From: Euprymna scolopes
Lineage: Eukaryota
Reading direction: 5' to 3' (one strand)
Assembly (NCBI GenBank): GCA_053919585.1
Contig: JBSSHM010000319.1
DNA: 58,254 bases
Both the position numbers and the translations under genes were made by a program. Positions 11,830-23,304 of this stretch are shown piece after piece (positions within the stretch are counted from its first letter, which is position 1; every line of letters starts with the position of its first letter). The notes under the pieces are model-generated. The model made no database searches and had not been told where the DNA came from. It saw only the letters and a list, made by a program, of their open reading frames with translations.

Positions 11830-12366
11830 ATGAAAGTACTTATTGATATTATCCCAATTGCCTTATTCTTTATCGCCTTTAAATTCTATGATATATACAT
11901 TGCTACGATTGTTGCAATGGTAGCCTCCATCATACAAACGCTCTGGCATCGTTTTAGTGTTGGTAAATTTGAAACCATGCATCTTATTACCTTAATTATT
12001 ATTATCGTACTAGGTGGGATGACCCTTTTTTTTCAGGATGAACGTTTTATTAAATGGAAACCAACAATTGTAAACTGGGCATTTGCTGTGGCTTTGGTAA
12101 TAGGCACTATTGTGTTAAAGAAACCAGCAATTCAAGCTATACTGGGAACAAAAATCACTCTACCTATACGTATTTGGAATCATCTTAATTGGGGATGGTT
12201 TGTATTTTTCGTCCTCTCTGGTATCATTAATCTATATGTTGCCTACACCTATTCAACTGATGTATGGGTGAATTTTAAACTATTTGGCATGATGGGACTA
12301 ACACTGGTATTTGTTATCTTACAAGGCTTGTATATTTCACAACATATCAAAGAAAATGTAGACTAA
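11830..12366 (+). CDS. yciB: Intracellular septation protein YciB/IspZ
   Basis: DIYIAT, FIKWKPTIVNW and WVNFKLFG motifs. Confidence 0.92.
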   Translation: MKVLIDIIPIALFFIAFKFYDIYIATIVAMVASIIQTLWHRFSVGKFETMHLITLIIIIVLGGMTLFFQDERFIKWKPTIVNWAFAVALVIGTIVLKKPAIQAILGTKITLPIRIWNHLNWGWFVFFVLSGIINLYVAYTYSTDVWVNFKLFGMMGLTLVFVILQGLYISQHIKENVD

Positions 12367-12376
12367 GCAAGCTGTT

Positions 12377-13075
12377 ATGAAATTCTCCCTACAGTTTGTC
12401 CGCAATACCACCATTATTCTTACAGTCCTAATACTTACTGGATGGGGAATTTATTCATTATGGCACTCCCCTATCAAGAATATTAAACTAACTGATTCCT
12501 CTGAGTACAATCCTGATATAAAAAAAATTCATGCATTACTGGAACAATACATTAATCAATCATGGCTACAACTAAAAACTAAAGAGTTAGAAGAAACTAT
12601 CAAGCAATTTCCCTGGGTTGAATCTGTCTCGGTGAACAAAGAAGGAATTGGCGATTTATCTGTGAATATTACCCCAAAAAAACCTTTGTTTCGCTGGCAT
12701 AAAAACTATTTAATCTCTTTACAAGGAGAACATTTCAAGGTCGATAAGGCTATATGGGATGAGTATAAAACTCTTGTGCAAATAGAAAGTTCAACAGAAA
12801 ACCTCTCTATTTTAAAAAATCTCATCCCATCACTTACCTTATCAAACAAAACACCCTCACTATTGAAACCCTTAGAAAAAATAAACATTGACTTATTTAC
12901 AGTAGCACTAATTTATACCAATCAACGTATCATTATAGACAAAAATGATGCGAAAAATTACCTATCTCGCTTCTATAAATGGCTAAACAAACTTCCTGCA
13001 GAAGCACAAAAAACCATCCAAAAAAGTCAATACATAGATTTGCGTTACTATGATGGATTTGCAATCAAGCAATAA
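12377..13075 (+). CDS. ftsQ: Cell division protein FtsQ (divergent)
   Basis: N-terminal TM helix, POTRA-like 'FPWVESVSV', C-terminal YIDLRY.DGFAI; upstream of ftsA. Confidence 0.8.
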   Translation: MKFSLQFVRNTTIILTVLILTGWGIYSLWHSPIKNIKLTDSSEYNPDIKKIHALLEQYINQSWLQLKTKELEETIKQFPWVESVSVNKEGIGDLSVNITPKKPLFRWHKNYLISLQGEHFKVDKAIWDEYKTLVQIESSTENLSILKNLIPSLTLSNKTPSLLKPLEKINIDLFTVALIYTNQRIIIDKNDAKNYLSRFYKWLNKLPAEAQKTIQKSQYIDLRYYDGFAIKQ

Positions 13076-13415
13076 ATTATTATTCTAATGAAACATTGCC
13101 TACATTAGAGAATAAAAATACTTTCAGCGTTATAATGAAAATGGGGGAGAATATACCACATTAATTAAAAAAATATAAAATATTGAATTACATTTGAGAT
13201 CTTTACATAAAAAGAAGAATGCTTGGAAAATGAGAGAAAGCTTTACTGATTAAGAAAAAACGTAAGTAAGTTTAAATATGATATACCACTCTTGGTAAGT
13301 CTTTAATAAACGAGTTGACACCATCACAGATGGTAACAATCAGAAAAATTCTGACTATTTTAAATTATTGTTTTTTATACAAAGGTCTCAGTTTACAAAT
13401 TTATTAAATAAATCT

Positions 13416-14699
13416 ATGGAATCTGAGGAAAATATCATTGTTGGTTTAGATATTGGCACATCTAAAGTTGCCATTGTCGTCGGAGAAATACAGCCAAAGG
13501 GAGAGCTAAAAATTATTGCTCAAGACAAATGCGATGCAAAAGGATTAAGTAAGGGTTCTCTTATTGATATATCAGCAACATCAGAAGCCATTAAAAATGT
13601 TGTCGCACAAATTCAAGTTATCTCTGGAATTTCAATTTCCTCTGTTAATGTCAGTATTGTTGGCAACCATGTCAAAAGCCAAGATATCGTAGGAGATGTC
13701 GCTATATCCGGCAGAGAAGTTACGGTTAATGATATTCAACGTATTCTAGAACATGTTCAATCAAAAACTTCTATAGAAAGCAATCATCAAACCTTGCACT
13801 TACTGCCTCAAGAGTACATTATTGATGATCAAGAAGGCGTTCGACAACCAGTTGGTATGTATGGAGTTAGGTTCAAAGCAAAAGTTCATATTATTACCTG
13901 TGCCCAATCTGCGGTAAAAAATCTTGAAAAGTGCGTAAAACAATGTGATTTACAGGTAGGTTCATTTATCCTACAACCTTTAGCATCCAGTATTGCTATT
14001 CTCTCTCAAGATGAAAAAAATCTTGGCGTTGCCGTGGTAGATATAGGGGCTGGAACCACAGATGTTATTGTCTATGTTGATGGAGCTGTACGCTACGTTT
14101 CAATGATTGATATGGCTGGACACTCTATTACTTCCGATATAGCAGGAGTTTATGGAGCACCACAAAATCAAGCAGAAAAAATCAAACTAGAATATGGACA
14201 TGCCTGTGCTTCAGAATTGCTAAATCCTGAGGAAAAAATCAATATCCCACAAGTTGGTGGCAGAGAACCTAAAGAAACAAAACGTGGCATACTCTCTACC
14301 GTAATTGAAGAACGCTATAAAGCTATTTTAGAAAAAGTTGCTGAAAAGATTGCCGAAAGTGGATATGCTGATGAACTTAAAGCTGGGATTGTCCTAACAG
14401 GAGGTGGGTCATTAATTGAAGGAATAGAATCATTAACCCAAGCAATCTGCCATCCTTGTATGGTTCGAGTGGGTTCTCCCAATACAGAGAATGTAAAATC
14501 TGATGGAAATTCTCCCGATTATGCGACAACTATCGGCTTAGTCCAATACATCTATGAAGAACGCCAAAAAATGCGACTATTAAATTCTCCACAAACGCTC
14601 ACCCCCCAATCCACATCTAAAGCTCAAAAGAAAACATCCATTAAGAAATCCTATCCTAAGGTAATTGACTGGTTTAAACATCTTAAAGAGCATTTTTAA
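13416..14699 (+). CDS. ftsA: Cell division protein FtsA
   Basis: VGLDIGTSKV, DIGAGTTD and GIVLTGGGS; ATG at 13416 chosen as start. Confidence 0.95.
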   Translation: MESEENIIVGLDIGTSKVAIVVGEIQPKGELKIIAQDKCDAKGLSKGSLIDISATSEAIKNVVAQIQVISGISISSVNVSIVGNHVKSQDIVGDVAISGREVTVNDIQRILEHVQSKTSIESNHQTLHLLPQEYIIDDQEGVRQPVGMYGVRFKAKVHIITCAQSAVKNLEKCVKQCDLQVGSFILQPLASSIAILSQDEKNLGVAVVDIGAGTTDVIVYVDGAVRYVSMIDMAGHSITSDIAGVYGAPQNQAEKIKLEYGHACASELLNPEEKINIPQVGGREPKETKRGILSTVIEERYKAILEKVAEKIAESGYADELKAGIVLTGGGSLIEGIESLTQAICHPCMVRVGSPNTENVKSDGNSPDYATTIGLVQYIYEERQKMRLLNSPQTLTPQSTSKAQKKTSIKKSYPKVIDWFKHLKEHF

Positions 14700-14703
14700 A
14701 CTT

Positions 14704-15618
14704 ATGCAACATCTTCAGTACACAATCAAAACCCCTATTTCCGCATCTGGCATTGGTCTACATAGTGGAAAAGAGGTGAAAATTGATTTATATCCAGCTG
14801 AAAAAAATACTGGGATCATATTTCGTCGCATTGACATTTCTCCACCGGTAGAAATTTATGTTACACCTGATAAGGTGGGAGAAACTGCCCTGTGTACAAC
14901 GCTAGTAGAGAAAGATATTAAAATTTCAACCATTGAACACCTCATGTCAGCAATTTTTGGCATGGGCATTGATAATTTAAGAATTGATATTAATAGTTCA
15001 GAAGTTCCTATTCTTGATGGCAGTGCCTCCATCTTTATTTTTCTTCTGCAATCAGCAGGAATCAAAGTACTGGATGAGCCGAAAAAATTTGTGCGTATAC
15101 TCAAAGAAATTGAGGTCAAACGTGATAATGGTAGCTGGGCAAAACTCTCTCCATACGAAGGCTTCAAACTCACCTTTAAAATTGAATTTGATTATCTCAA
15201 AAAAAATGAAGATAGAGAGTTCTCTGTTGACTTCACCTCAACCTCTTATCTCAAAGAAATGAGTCGTGCACGTACATTTGGTTTTCTAAAAGATGCAGAA
15301 TATCTTAAGCAAAAAAATCTTGCCTTAGGTGGAAGTGTCAATAATGCCGTGATTATTGATGATGATAAGGGCGTTATTAATGATGGTGGATTACGCTATC
15401 AAAATGAACTAGTTAAACATAAAGTTCTCGATGCTGTTGGTGATTTATTTGTATTAAAATATCCAATTATTGGTTTATTTCAAGGCTATAAATCTGGTCA
15501 TGCTTTAAACAATTTATTATTAAGAAAATTGCTTAATGAAGCTGATGCTTGGGAAACAGTAAGTTTTAATATGCAATCTCAACTACCCATTAACTATATT
15601 AACTCTAAAGTTAGCTAG
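14704..15618 (+). CDS. lpxC: UDP-3-O-acyl-N-acetylglucosamine deacetylase
   Basis: GIGLHSG, TIEHLMSA, ARTFGF, HKVLDAVGD and KSGHALN; ATG at 14704. Confidence 0.96.
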   Translation: MQHLQYTIKTPISASGIGLHSGKEVKIDLYPAEKNTGIIFRRIDISPPVEIYVTPDKVGETALCTTLVEKDIKISTIEHLMSAIFGMGIDNLRIDINSSEVPILDGSASIFIFLLQSAGIKVLDEPKKFVRILKEIEVKRDNGSWAKLSPYEGFKLTFKIEFDYLKKNEDREFSVDFTSTSYLKEMSRARTFGFLKDAEYLKQKNLALGGSVNNAVIIDDDKGVINDGGLRYQNELVKHKVLDAVGDLFVLKYPIIGLFQGYKSGHALNNLLLRKLLNEADAWETVSFNMQSQLPINYINSKVS

Positions 15619-15671
15619 TAGAAAACATATGTAGAGTACTCACTCATCATGTGTACTAATAACAATCACTT

Positions 15672-16667
15672 ATGGATACTTTGCGTCTTGCTCCGATGAT
15701 GGGTTATACCTCAGCCCCTTTTCGTTTACTCATCCATCTACTAGCACCAAAGGTTCAGCTATATAGCGAAATGATTTCTGTCAATGCCGTGATACACAAT
15801 CCTCAACTTCACTACTTTAGTCGTTTTGATGAGGAAAATAACACCGTATTTCAATTAGGTGGCGATCACCCTGAAAATAGTGCAAAAATCGCTAAAAAAG
15901 CTGAACAAACTGGTTTCAATGAAATCAATATTAATTGTGGATGCCCCTCAAACAGAGTACAAAATGCTAATTTTGGTGCTTGCCTAATGCAACAACCAGA
16001 AAAAGTAGCCAATATCATTCAAGCTATTCAAAAAGTAGTTAATATCCCTGTATCAGTTAAACATCGATTAGGGATTGATAAACATATTGACTATGAATTT
16101 GTTCACCACTTTGTCAATACCATTCATCAAGCAGGTTGCAGACGCATTATTGTTCACGCACGCAATGCTTGGTTAGCAGGGCTAAGCCCTCGTCTGAATC
16201 GCAAAGCCCCCCCCTTAAAACCAGAATTTGTGTACCAACTTAAACAAGATTTCCCTACCCTCAATATCTGTATCAATGGTGAAATCAACTCATTAGACAA
16301 GATTAAACATTATTTATCTCAGTCACAGAAATATCCTAACACCTCATTAGATGGCGTGATGATTGGCAGAAAAGCATGGGACAACCCCTACTTATTTACT
16401 CATGCTGAACGGATTCTTGCATACAGACAAATACTACCCAAACCTCAAGAGGTTATTGAACATTACTTTCAACTATTACGAGAAAACTATACTTGGCTTA
16501 ACCCCATATGGAACACCCATACTCTCATTCGCCCCTTAACTCATTTATTTAATGGTATGAATGGTGCAAAAAACTGGAGAATTGCCGTATCAACCCCTTA
16601 TAACAGTCTAGCCGAGGCAGAAAAAAACCTAAACAACCTTGCCAAAGCAATGCCACCTCCAATATAA
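15672..16667 (+). CDS. dusA: tRNA-dihydrouridine synthase, DusA-like
   Basis: LAPMMG, QLGG, NINCGCPS.RVQ...FGACLM, VHARNAWL.GLSP and GVMIGR. Confidence 0.88.
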   Translation: MDTLRLAPMMGYTSAPFRLLIHLLAPKVQLYSEMISVNAVIHNPQLHYFSRFDEENNTVFQLGGDHPENSAKIAKKAEQTGFNEININCGCPSNRVQNANFGACLMQQPEKVANIIQAIQKVVNIPVSVKHRLGIDKHIDYEFVHHFVNTIHQAGCRRIIVHARNAWLAGLSPRLNRKAPPLKPEFVYQLKQDFPTLNICINGEINSLDKIKHYLSQSQKYPNTSLDGVMIGRKAWDNPYLFTHAERILAYRQILPKPQEVIEHYFQLLRENYTWLNPIWNTHTLIRPLTHLFNGMNGAKNWRIAVSTPYNSLAEAEKNLNNLAKAMPPPI

Positions 16668-16672
16668 ATATC

Positions 16673-18343
16673 ATGAGCGAAAAAACCTCGAAAAAGAAAA
16701 TATATCTAAATGTTCCTTTTGTACAAAAAGATCTTGCAAAAAGACTGGGTGCTCATTTTGATTTTCATAAAAAATCTTGGTATGTAGAGGAAAATCAAGA
16801 CCTCACTCCCTTTGCCATATGGCTTTACCCTGAAAATAAACTAACACACAACAATGCTAATGATTTAACAAGCAATACCTTCAATTCCCCATCCCTTATA
16901 AAATTGACAGACCATACAGAAAAACAAAGCTCCACAACAAGCACTCACCATCTCCCATCATCTCTATCTTTGCTATATTTAATGCAAATGATCAAACAAA
17001 GCGTGCAACAAAATTTCACACACCCAATATGGATTCATGCCGAAATTGCACAAATTAAGAAACACAGACAACACCACTATCTTGAATTAATTGAGCGTGG
17101 TGAGAAAAATGGTGAAGAGTTAGCAAAAATACGTGCCACTGTGTGGCAAAATCAACAGCATATTATTGAAGAATTTGAACAACAAACAAAAAAACAGCTA
17201 TCTACCGATCTGAAAATTATGCTACAAGTACGTTGCATTTTTCATGAGCGCTTTGGTCTAAGTCTGAATATCCTACAAATCAATGCTGAGTACACACTTG
17301 GGCAGATGCAACAAAAAATTAACGCCATACGCCAGTCTCTACAAAGCAAAGGGATTTATGGAAAAAATAAAGAAAAAGAACTTCCTAAAATACTCCATAA
17401 TATTTGCGTAATCAGTCCGGAAAATGCTGCAGGTCTAGCTGACTTCAATTACTACCTTGCTCCACTGATTGAAAACCAACTGTGTCAATGTGACTACTAT
17501 CAAGCTATATTTCAGGGCAATAAAGCAAGCCAAAACCTAAGCTCTTGTCTACAAGAAATTCTCAATAAAAATGAGCAAAAGAATTACCAATTAATCGTTA
17601 TCATTCGCGGTGGTGGAAGCATCGTGGACTTACAATATCTTGAAGAATACCACATCAATGAATTAGTTTGCTTGGCAACACTTCCTATTTGGGTTGGTCT
17701 TGGACATCAAACTGATAAACTACTCATAAACGAAGTGGCTCATCGACACTTCCCAACTCCCACTGCAGTAGCCAAACAAATTATTGAATACATACTCTCT
17801 CCCCTACAATACACCACACATCAATGGAGAGAAATCAATCTATTGAGCAAACAACATTTAGCACAAGAAAATAAAAATATAGAAAAATTACACTTTTTAC
17901 TACATCAATATTGCCACCAACTATCACAAAAAAACCAAAACAAATTAATGAATCACTATACCGCTCTACACATTCATACTAACACAAAAATAGAAAGAAT
18001 CAAGCAAAAAATTGCTTCCAATCATTACTTGATTCAACAATTATCAAGAGAAAAAATTACAACACACAAACAAATCATTCAACAATCTCAAGAAATACTT
18101 AAACAAAGAATCCTCTCCTATATAGAAAATCTTAAAATCAAGCTAAAAATGATACACAGCTTGATTCAAAATAGCCATCCTAAAAAAATTCTGAAAAGAG
18201 GCTTCGCCATTATCCGAGATGATTCCAATCAACCACTTAAAGAACTTAATAAAATTGATTCCCAAGAGAAAATCACCATTGAAATGCACTCTGGGTATAT
18301 AGATGCTCTTGTTGAGAAAAAATCAACAAGGCTAAAGAATTAA
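16673..18343 (+). CDS. xseA: Exodeoxyribonuclease VII large subunit with an N-terminal DUF5710-like domain
   Basis: WIHAEI OB-fold start, IIRGGGS, GLGHQTD, TPTAVA and C-terminal P..ILKRGF; N-terminal YLNVPF.QKD.AK.LGA.FD...KSWY. Confidence 0.85.
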   Translation: MSEKTSKKKIYLNVPFVQKDLAKRLGAHFDFHKKSWYVEENQDLTPFAIWLYPENKLTHNNANDLTSNTFNSPSLIKLTDHTEKQSSTTSTHHLPSSLSLLYLMQMIKQSVQQNFTHPIWIHAEIAQIKKHRQHHYLELIERGEKNGEELAKIRATVWQNQQHIIEEFEQQTKKQLSTDLKIMLQVRCIFHERFGLSLNILQINAEYTLGQMQQKINAIRQSLQSKGIYGKNKEKELPKILHNICVISPENAAGLADFNYYLAPLIENQLCQCDYYQAIFQGNKASQNLSSCLQEILNKNEQKNYQLIVIIRGGGSIVDLQYLEEYHINELVCLATLPIWVGLGHQTDKLLINEVAHRHFPTPTAVAKQIIEYILSPLQYTTHQWREINLLSKQHLAQENKNIEKLHFLLHQYCHQLSQKNQNKLMNHYTALHIHTNTKIERIKQKIASNHYLIQQLSREKITTHKQIIQQSQEILKQRILSYIENLKIKLKMIHSLIQNSHPKKILKRGFAIIRDDSNQPLKELNKIDSQEKITIEMHSGYIDALVEKKSTRLKN

Positions 18344-18398
18344 ACCTTAAAAATAAATTTTTAGAGAAGCTTTAGTCTCTTATAAGTATAAAGAAATC

Positions 18399-19379
18399 TT
18401 AGTGTTGACGACTCATTGCATGAACTACAATCTCTTTTAGAGCTTGTGTATAGACATTATTTGGCATATAACTACATGCCTCACATGCCTGTGAAGTGTA
18501 ACTCTCTACCTCTTCCTGAATTATATCAATAATACGATTATTCTTAATCATATTTACCACATCGACTAAATACGCCTCAGAAGGTTGCTCAATTACTTGC
18601 CTAATGAGTTCCCTATCCTGTTCTGAACCCTGTTGCATTAATCGTATTAACGGCAATGTTACCTTACCTTCCTTTAAATCATCTCCTAAAGATTTCCCCA
18701 TGGTCTCTGCATCTGCCACATAATCCAACATATCATCAACCATTTGAAAAGCCATTCCTAGAGCATAACCGTATTTTCTACTTTGTTCTATTTGCTCTTC
18801 ATTTACACCTGAAATAACAGCTGATAACCAACAGGAGGCTTCAAATAAACACGAGGTTTTCCGCTCAATAATATCAAAATATTTCTCTTCACTAAGGTTG
18901 CTATCACCAATATGCATCAGTTGCATAACTTCGCCCTCAGAGATACGATTTGTTGTATCTGAAAGAATAGAAAATACTTCCTCACTCCCCACCCTAGTCA
19001 TCAACTGAAACGAACGAGAATAAAGGAAATCACCTACCAATACTGCTGCTGAATTACTAAACTCAGCATTTGCACTAGGCTGACCACGACGAAAATCAGA
19101 CTGATCCACCACATCATCATGCAATAATGTGGCAATATGAATAAACTCGATAATAGCAGCAAGAATAATATGTTTTTCTCCTTCATAACCGAAAGCTTTC
19201 GCCATGAGTAAAAGTATTTTAGGGCGTAAACGCTTGCCACCACTTTTTACGATATAGGAAGCAATTTGTTTAACTAAAACAACATCACTATTCATTTCAT
19301 CATAGATAAGCTTATCCAATAACAAATTATCTGATGCGATAACCTCAAACATTTCTTTCTGAGAAGAAAAATGACTCAT
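18399..19379 (-). CDS. ispB: Octaprenyl diphosphate synthase
   Basis: GGKRLRP, LLHDDVVD...RRG, FQMVDD.LDY and GDDLKEGK.TLP. Confidence 0.93.
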   Translation of the reverse strand: MSHFSSQKEMFEVIASDNLLLDKLIYDEMNSDVVLVKQIASYIVKSGGKRLRPKILLLMAKAFGYEGEKHIILAAIIEFIHIATLLHDDVVDQSDFRRGQPSANAEFSNSAAVLVGDFLYSRSFQLMTRVGSEEVFSILSDTTNRISEGEVMQLMHIGDSNLSEEKYFDIIERKTSCLFEASCWLSAVISGVNEEQIEQSRKYGYALGMAFQMVDDMLDYVADAETMGKSLGDDLKEGKVTLPLIRLMQQGSEQDRELIRQVIEQPSEAYLVDVVNMIKNNRIIDIIQEEVESYTSQACEACSYMPNNVYTQALKEIVVHAMSRQH

Positions 19380-19479
19380 TTAGTTAAATAATAAAATTAG
19401 TTAAAGACTACAAAATCACACAAAAAGATAGATCCTTTTAGTTTTTCATAACACTGAAATGGCAAAAGGAATGCATCTA

Positions 19480-20847
19480 CTATCCTTTAGTGTTACTTAG
19501 TTCTGCCTCTTTTTGTAAACGCTTTTCTAAATAATGAATACTGACTTCACCAGCGATAAAATTTTCATCTCTCATATTGTCAGCTTGCAAAGGAATATTA
19601 CTCTTAATACCATCAATAACGGTTTCTTTTAATGCTTGTTGCATCTTACGAATGGCTATATCACGTGTTTCACCATGGCAAATCAATTTTCCAATCATGG
19701 AATCATAGTTAGGTGGCACTTCATAACCAGAATAAATATGCGTATCCATACGTACCCCACCACCACCGGCAACATGAAAATAATTTATCTTACCGGGACT
19801 TGGCATAAAGGTCATTGAATCTTCGGCATTCAAACGACACTCAATAGCATGACCCGTCACTTTCACATCAGATTGTTTAATGGATAGTTTTTCACCTGCT
19901 GAAATTTTAAGTTGTTCCTTAACAATATCAATTCCAGTAATCATCTCTGTAACAGGATGTTCAACCTGCACACGAGTATTCATTTCAATAAAATAAAAAT
20001 TATCGTTCTCATATAGAAACTCAAATGTGCCAGCTCCTCGATAACCGATATGCACACATGCCTCAGCACAAATTGTACCAATTTTTTGGCGAGTTTCTTC
20101 ACTAATCCCAGGGGCAGGTGCCTCTTCCACCACTTTTTGATGTCTACGCTGCATAGAGCAATCACGTTCAGCTAGATGAATGGCATTACCCTGACCATCA
20201 GCTAATACCTGAATTTCAATATGACGAGGCGTTTGTAAAAACTTTTCTATATAAACTTCCTCATTATCAAAAGCCGCTTTTGCCTCAGAACGAGTTAAAC
20301 TAATTGATTCAATTAGCTCATCTGCCGACTCCACTACCCGCATACCACGTCCACCACCTCCTCCTGAGGCTTTTATAATCACGGGATATCCTATGCTCTC
20401 AGCAATTCTAAGATTTTCTTTTTTATCATTACCAATTGCACCATCTGAGCCAGGAACAGTTGGCACACCAGCTTTCTTCATCTTGGCAATTGCAGAAACT
20501 TTATCACCCATAATTTCAACAGTTTCCGCCTTAGGACCAACAAAAATAAAACCAGATTTTTCAACTTGATCAATAAACTTGGCATTTTCAGAAAGGAATC
20601 CATATCCTGGGTGTATCGCATTAGAGTGAGTCACCTCAGCCGCCGCAATAATAGCTGGTACGTGCAAATAACTTTTTGTTGCCGGTGCCGGACCAATACA
20701 AACAGTCTCATCAGCTAATAAAACATGCTTTAAATTTCTATCAATATCTGAATGTATGGCTACTGTTTTTATGCCTAACTCTTTAGCAGCTCTCAATATG
20801 CGTAGGGCTATTTCACCTCGATTAGCAATCAATAATTTGTCGTACAT
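19480..20847 (-). CDS. accC: Acetyl-CoA carboxylase biotin carboxylase
   Basis: [26 protein letters not shown] and [14 protein letters not shown]. Confidence 0.97.
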   Translation of the reverse strand: MYDKLLIANRGEIALRILRAAKELGIKTVAIHSDIDRNLKHVLLADETVCIGPAPATKSYLHVPAIIAAAEVTHSNAIHPGYGFLSENAKFIDQVEKSGFIFVGPKAETVEIMGDKVSAIAKMKKAGVPTVPGSDGAIGNDKKENLRIAESIGYPVIIKASGGGGGRGMRVVESADELIESISLTRSEAKAAFDNEEVYIEKFLQTPRHIEIQVLADGQGNAIHLAERDCSMQRRHQKVVEEAPAPGISEETRQKIGTICAEACVHIGYRGAGTFEFLYENDNFYFIEMNTRVQVEHPVTEMITGIDIVKEQLKISAGEKLSIKQSDVKVTGHAIECRLNAEDSMTFMPSPGKINYFHVAGGGGVRMDTHIYSGYEVPPNYDSMIGKLICHGETRDIAIRKMQQALKETVIDGIKSNIPLQADNMRDENFIAGEVSIHYLEKRLQKEAELSNTKG

Positions 20848-20874
20848 GAGAATGAAAAATTTATAATAAGTGCG

Positions 20875-21339
20875 TTATTCAATAACAAAAAGTGGTTGAT
20901 CATGTTCAACAGGCTGTGAATTCTCAACCAATATTTTAGTTACCTTACCAGTTTTTTCTGCAGTGATTTGATTCATGATTTTCATTGCCTCAATAATGCA
21001 CAATGTATCACCTGCATTAACTTTATCACCAACCTTAATATAGGGTGCCTGCTCTGGAGAAGCCGATTCATAATATGTGCCAACCATGGGAGAACGAACA
21101 ATATGACCAGAAAACTCTATCGCTTCTTCTGAACTCTCATTAGATTCTGTGGTTACAGAACTTTGAGCTATCGGAGGCACAGTAGGGGTTGCTATCACTG
21201 GAGTAGAGGTATGAGACATTACATTATTTACCCCTCCTCTCAGAATACGGATATTTTCTTCTCCACTAGCGATTTCAATCTCTGAAATATCAGATTCCTC
21301 AATCAACTCAATGATTTTTTTTACTTTGCGAATGTCCAT
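20875..21339 (-). CDS. accB: Biotin carboxyl carrier protein
   Basis: MDIRKVKK start, SPMVGT, EAMK biotinylation motif. Confidence 0.96.
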   Translation of the reverse strand: MDIRKVKKIIELIEESDISEIEIASGEENIRILRGGVNNVMSHTSTPVIATPTVPPIAQSSVTTESNESSEEAIEFSGHIVRSPMVGTYYESASPEQAPYIKVGDKVNAGDTLCIIEAMKIMNQITAEKTGKVTKILVENSQPVEHDQPLFVIE

Positions 21340-21567
21340 ATAAGATATATATTATTTAGAAAGTGAATTTATTGATACGAAAAACTTTTCTAAATTATAA
21401 CCCGTGATTTGAAAATAACAATAAAATAGCAAAAAATTCATAAAAAAACCTTTATATGACGATAACGTTAATATTTCTTATATCGAGAAAAGTCCTGATA
21501 GTATGGTAAAATTGAACTGAAATTTTTATTATTTTTTAACAAAAATTAAGCAAATATTCTAGAACTT

Positions 21568-22698
21568 GTGAACAACTCAACACCTTCTCATTCCCCTCAA
21601 GAAAAAACAATACTTAACGCCCTTTCTTCAATCCATATTGAAGAGCTTAGCACGACCCTACAAACAAACAAATCCATCGCTATCACCATTGAAAATAATG
21701 ACAACTCGACTCACAGCATAGGGATTAATATTAAATTTGCTTATGCCAATAAATCCCAACATCACACACTTTCTGCACAAATTTCCAAGTGCCTATCTTC
21801 TATTGATTTACCACCTGTTAATATCAGCATTGAATCTCAAATCAAACGTCATCAAATACAAAGTGGTGCAAAAGGCTTACCAAATATCAAAAACATCATT
21901 GCAGTTGGCTCAGGAAAAGGAGGTGTTGGAAAATCGACTGTTTCAGTAAATGTCGCTCGTGCCTTAAGCCAAGAAGGTGCATCAGTAGGACTATTAGATG
22001 CTGATATTTACGGACCAAGCATTCCGACAATGTTGGGAATCCATGAACGCCCAACCAGTCCTGATGGCAAAACCATGACACCTCTCAAATCAGGTGATTT
22101 ACAAACCATGTCTATCGGTTTTCTCACCGAACAAGATACTCCTATGATTTGGCGAGGTCCCATTGTTACCAACACGCTCAAGCAATTGCTCAGTGAAACT
22201 AACTGGGGAGAGTTAGATTATCTAATTATTGATCTTCCGCCTGGTACTGGAGATACTCAATTAACCTTAGCACAAAACATACCTGTGAGTGGTGCCATCA
22301 TCGTCACTACCCCACAAAATGTCGCTCTTGCCGATGCACGAAAAGCCATTCGCATGTTTGAAAAAGTCAATATTCACACATTAGGAATAGTTGAAAACAT
22401 GAGCTATTTCATCTGTCCACACTGCAATCAAAATAGCCATATTTTTCAATCAAAAGGGGGTAATACCCTTGCACAAGATTATATGGTAAACTTTCTTGGA
22501 GAAATTCCTCTAAATGAGCAAATCTGTGAATCGATGGATAAAGGAAAGCTGTTGCAAAACATACATAATCACAATCAACAAGCCTTTCTATTTGAGCATT
22601 ATCAAAAAATTGCCCGTAAAGCTAGTGCCCTACTTTCTCAACAACCAAACGATTTCACTGCAAAGATGCCAACAGTTGAAATTAAAAGTCTGCATTAG
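21568..22698 (+). CDS. apbC: Mrp/ApbC Fe-S cluster carrier ATPase
   Basis: [26 protein letters not shown] and ENMS...CPHC. Confidence 0.92.
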   Translation: MNNSTPSHSPQEKTILNALSSIHIEELSTTLQTNKSIAITIENNDNSTHSIGINIKFAYANKSQHHTLSAQISKCLSSIDLPPVNISIESQIKRHQIQSGAKGLPNIKNIIAVGSGKGGVGKSTVSVNVARALSQEGASVGLLDADIYGPSIPTMLGIHERPTSPDGKTMTPLKSGDLQTMSIGFLTEQDTPMIWRGPIVTNTLKQLLSETNWGELDYLIIDLPPGTGDTQLTLAQNIPVSGAIIVTTPQNVALADARKAIRMFEKVNIHTLGIVENMSYFICPHCNQNSHIFQSKGGNTLAQDYMVNFLGEIPLNEQICESMDKGKLLQNIHNHNQQAFLFEHYQKIARKASALLSQQPNDFTAKMPTVEIKSLH

Positions 22699-22724
22699 TA
22701 ATTAATAATACACTTAACTACACT

Positions 22725-23294
22725 ATGACAATATGTTCTGATAAATGGATTAATAGCATGGCCGAAGAAAAACACATGATTTCGCCATTTGAACCTCAAC
22801 AAATCAAAGTCAATGAGCAAGGAAAACGCCTCATCTCTTATGGTACTTCAAGCTACGGTTATGATGTACGCTGTGCAGAAGAATTTAAAATCTTTACAAA
22901 CATTAACTCAGCAACAGTTGATCCAAAAAATTTCAACAACAATAGTTTCGTTGATTTTTCTGGAGCTGAATGCATTATTCCTCCTAACTCTTTTGCCTTA
23001 GCAAGAACCGTGGAATATTTTAAAATACCTCGTGATGTATTAGTAGTTTGTTTAGGTAAATCAACTTATGCCCGTTGTGGCATTATTGTTAATGTCACAC
23101 CCTTGGAACCTGAATGGGAAGGACATGTCACCTTAGAATTTTCCAACACCACACCACTACCAGCAAAAATTTACGCTAATGAAGGCGTCGCACAGATGCT
23201 CTTTTTCAAATCAGATGATGGTTGCCAAACCTCCTATGCTGACCGACAAGGAAAATATATGGCACAAACTGGCGTAACTCTACCTAAAGCCTAA
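22725..23294 (+). CDS. dcd: dCTP deaminase
   Basis: [19 protein letters not shown] and [12 protein letters not shown]. Confidence 0.95.
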   Translation: MTICSDKWINSMAEEKHMISPFEPQQIKVNEQGKRLISYGTSSYGYDVRCAEEFKIFTNINSATVDPKNFNNNSFVDFSGAECIIPPNSFALARTVEYFKIPRDVLVVCLGKSTYARCGIIVNVTPLEPEWEGHVTLEFSNTTPLPAKIYANEGVAQMLFFKSDDGCQTSYADRQGKYMAQTGVTLPKA

Positions 23295-23304
23295 AAAACC
23301 CCTA

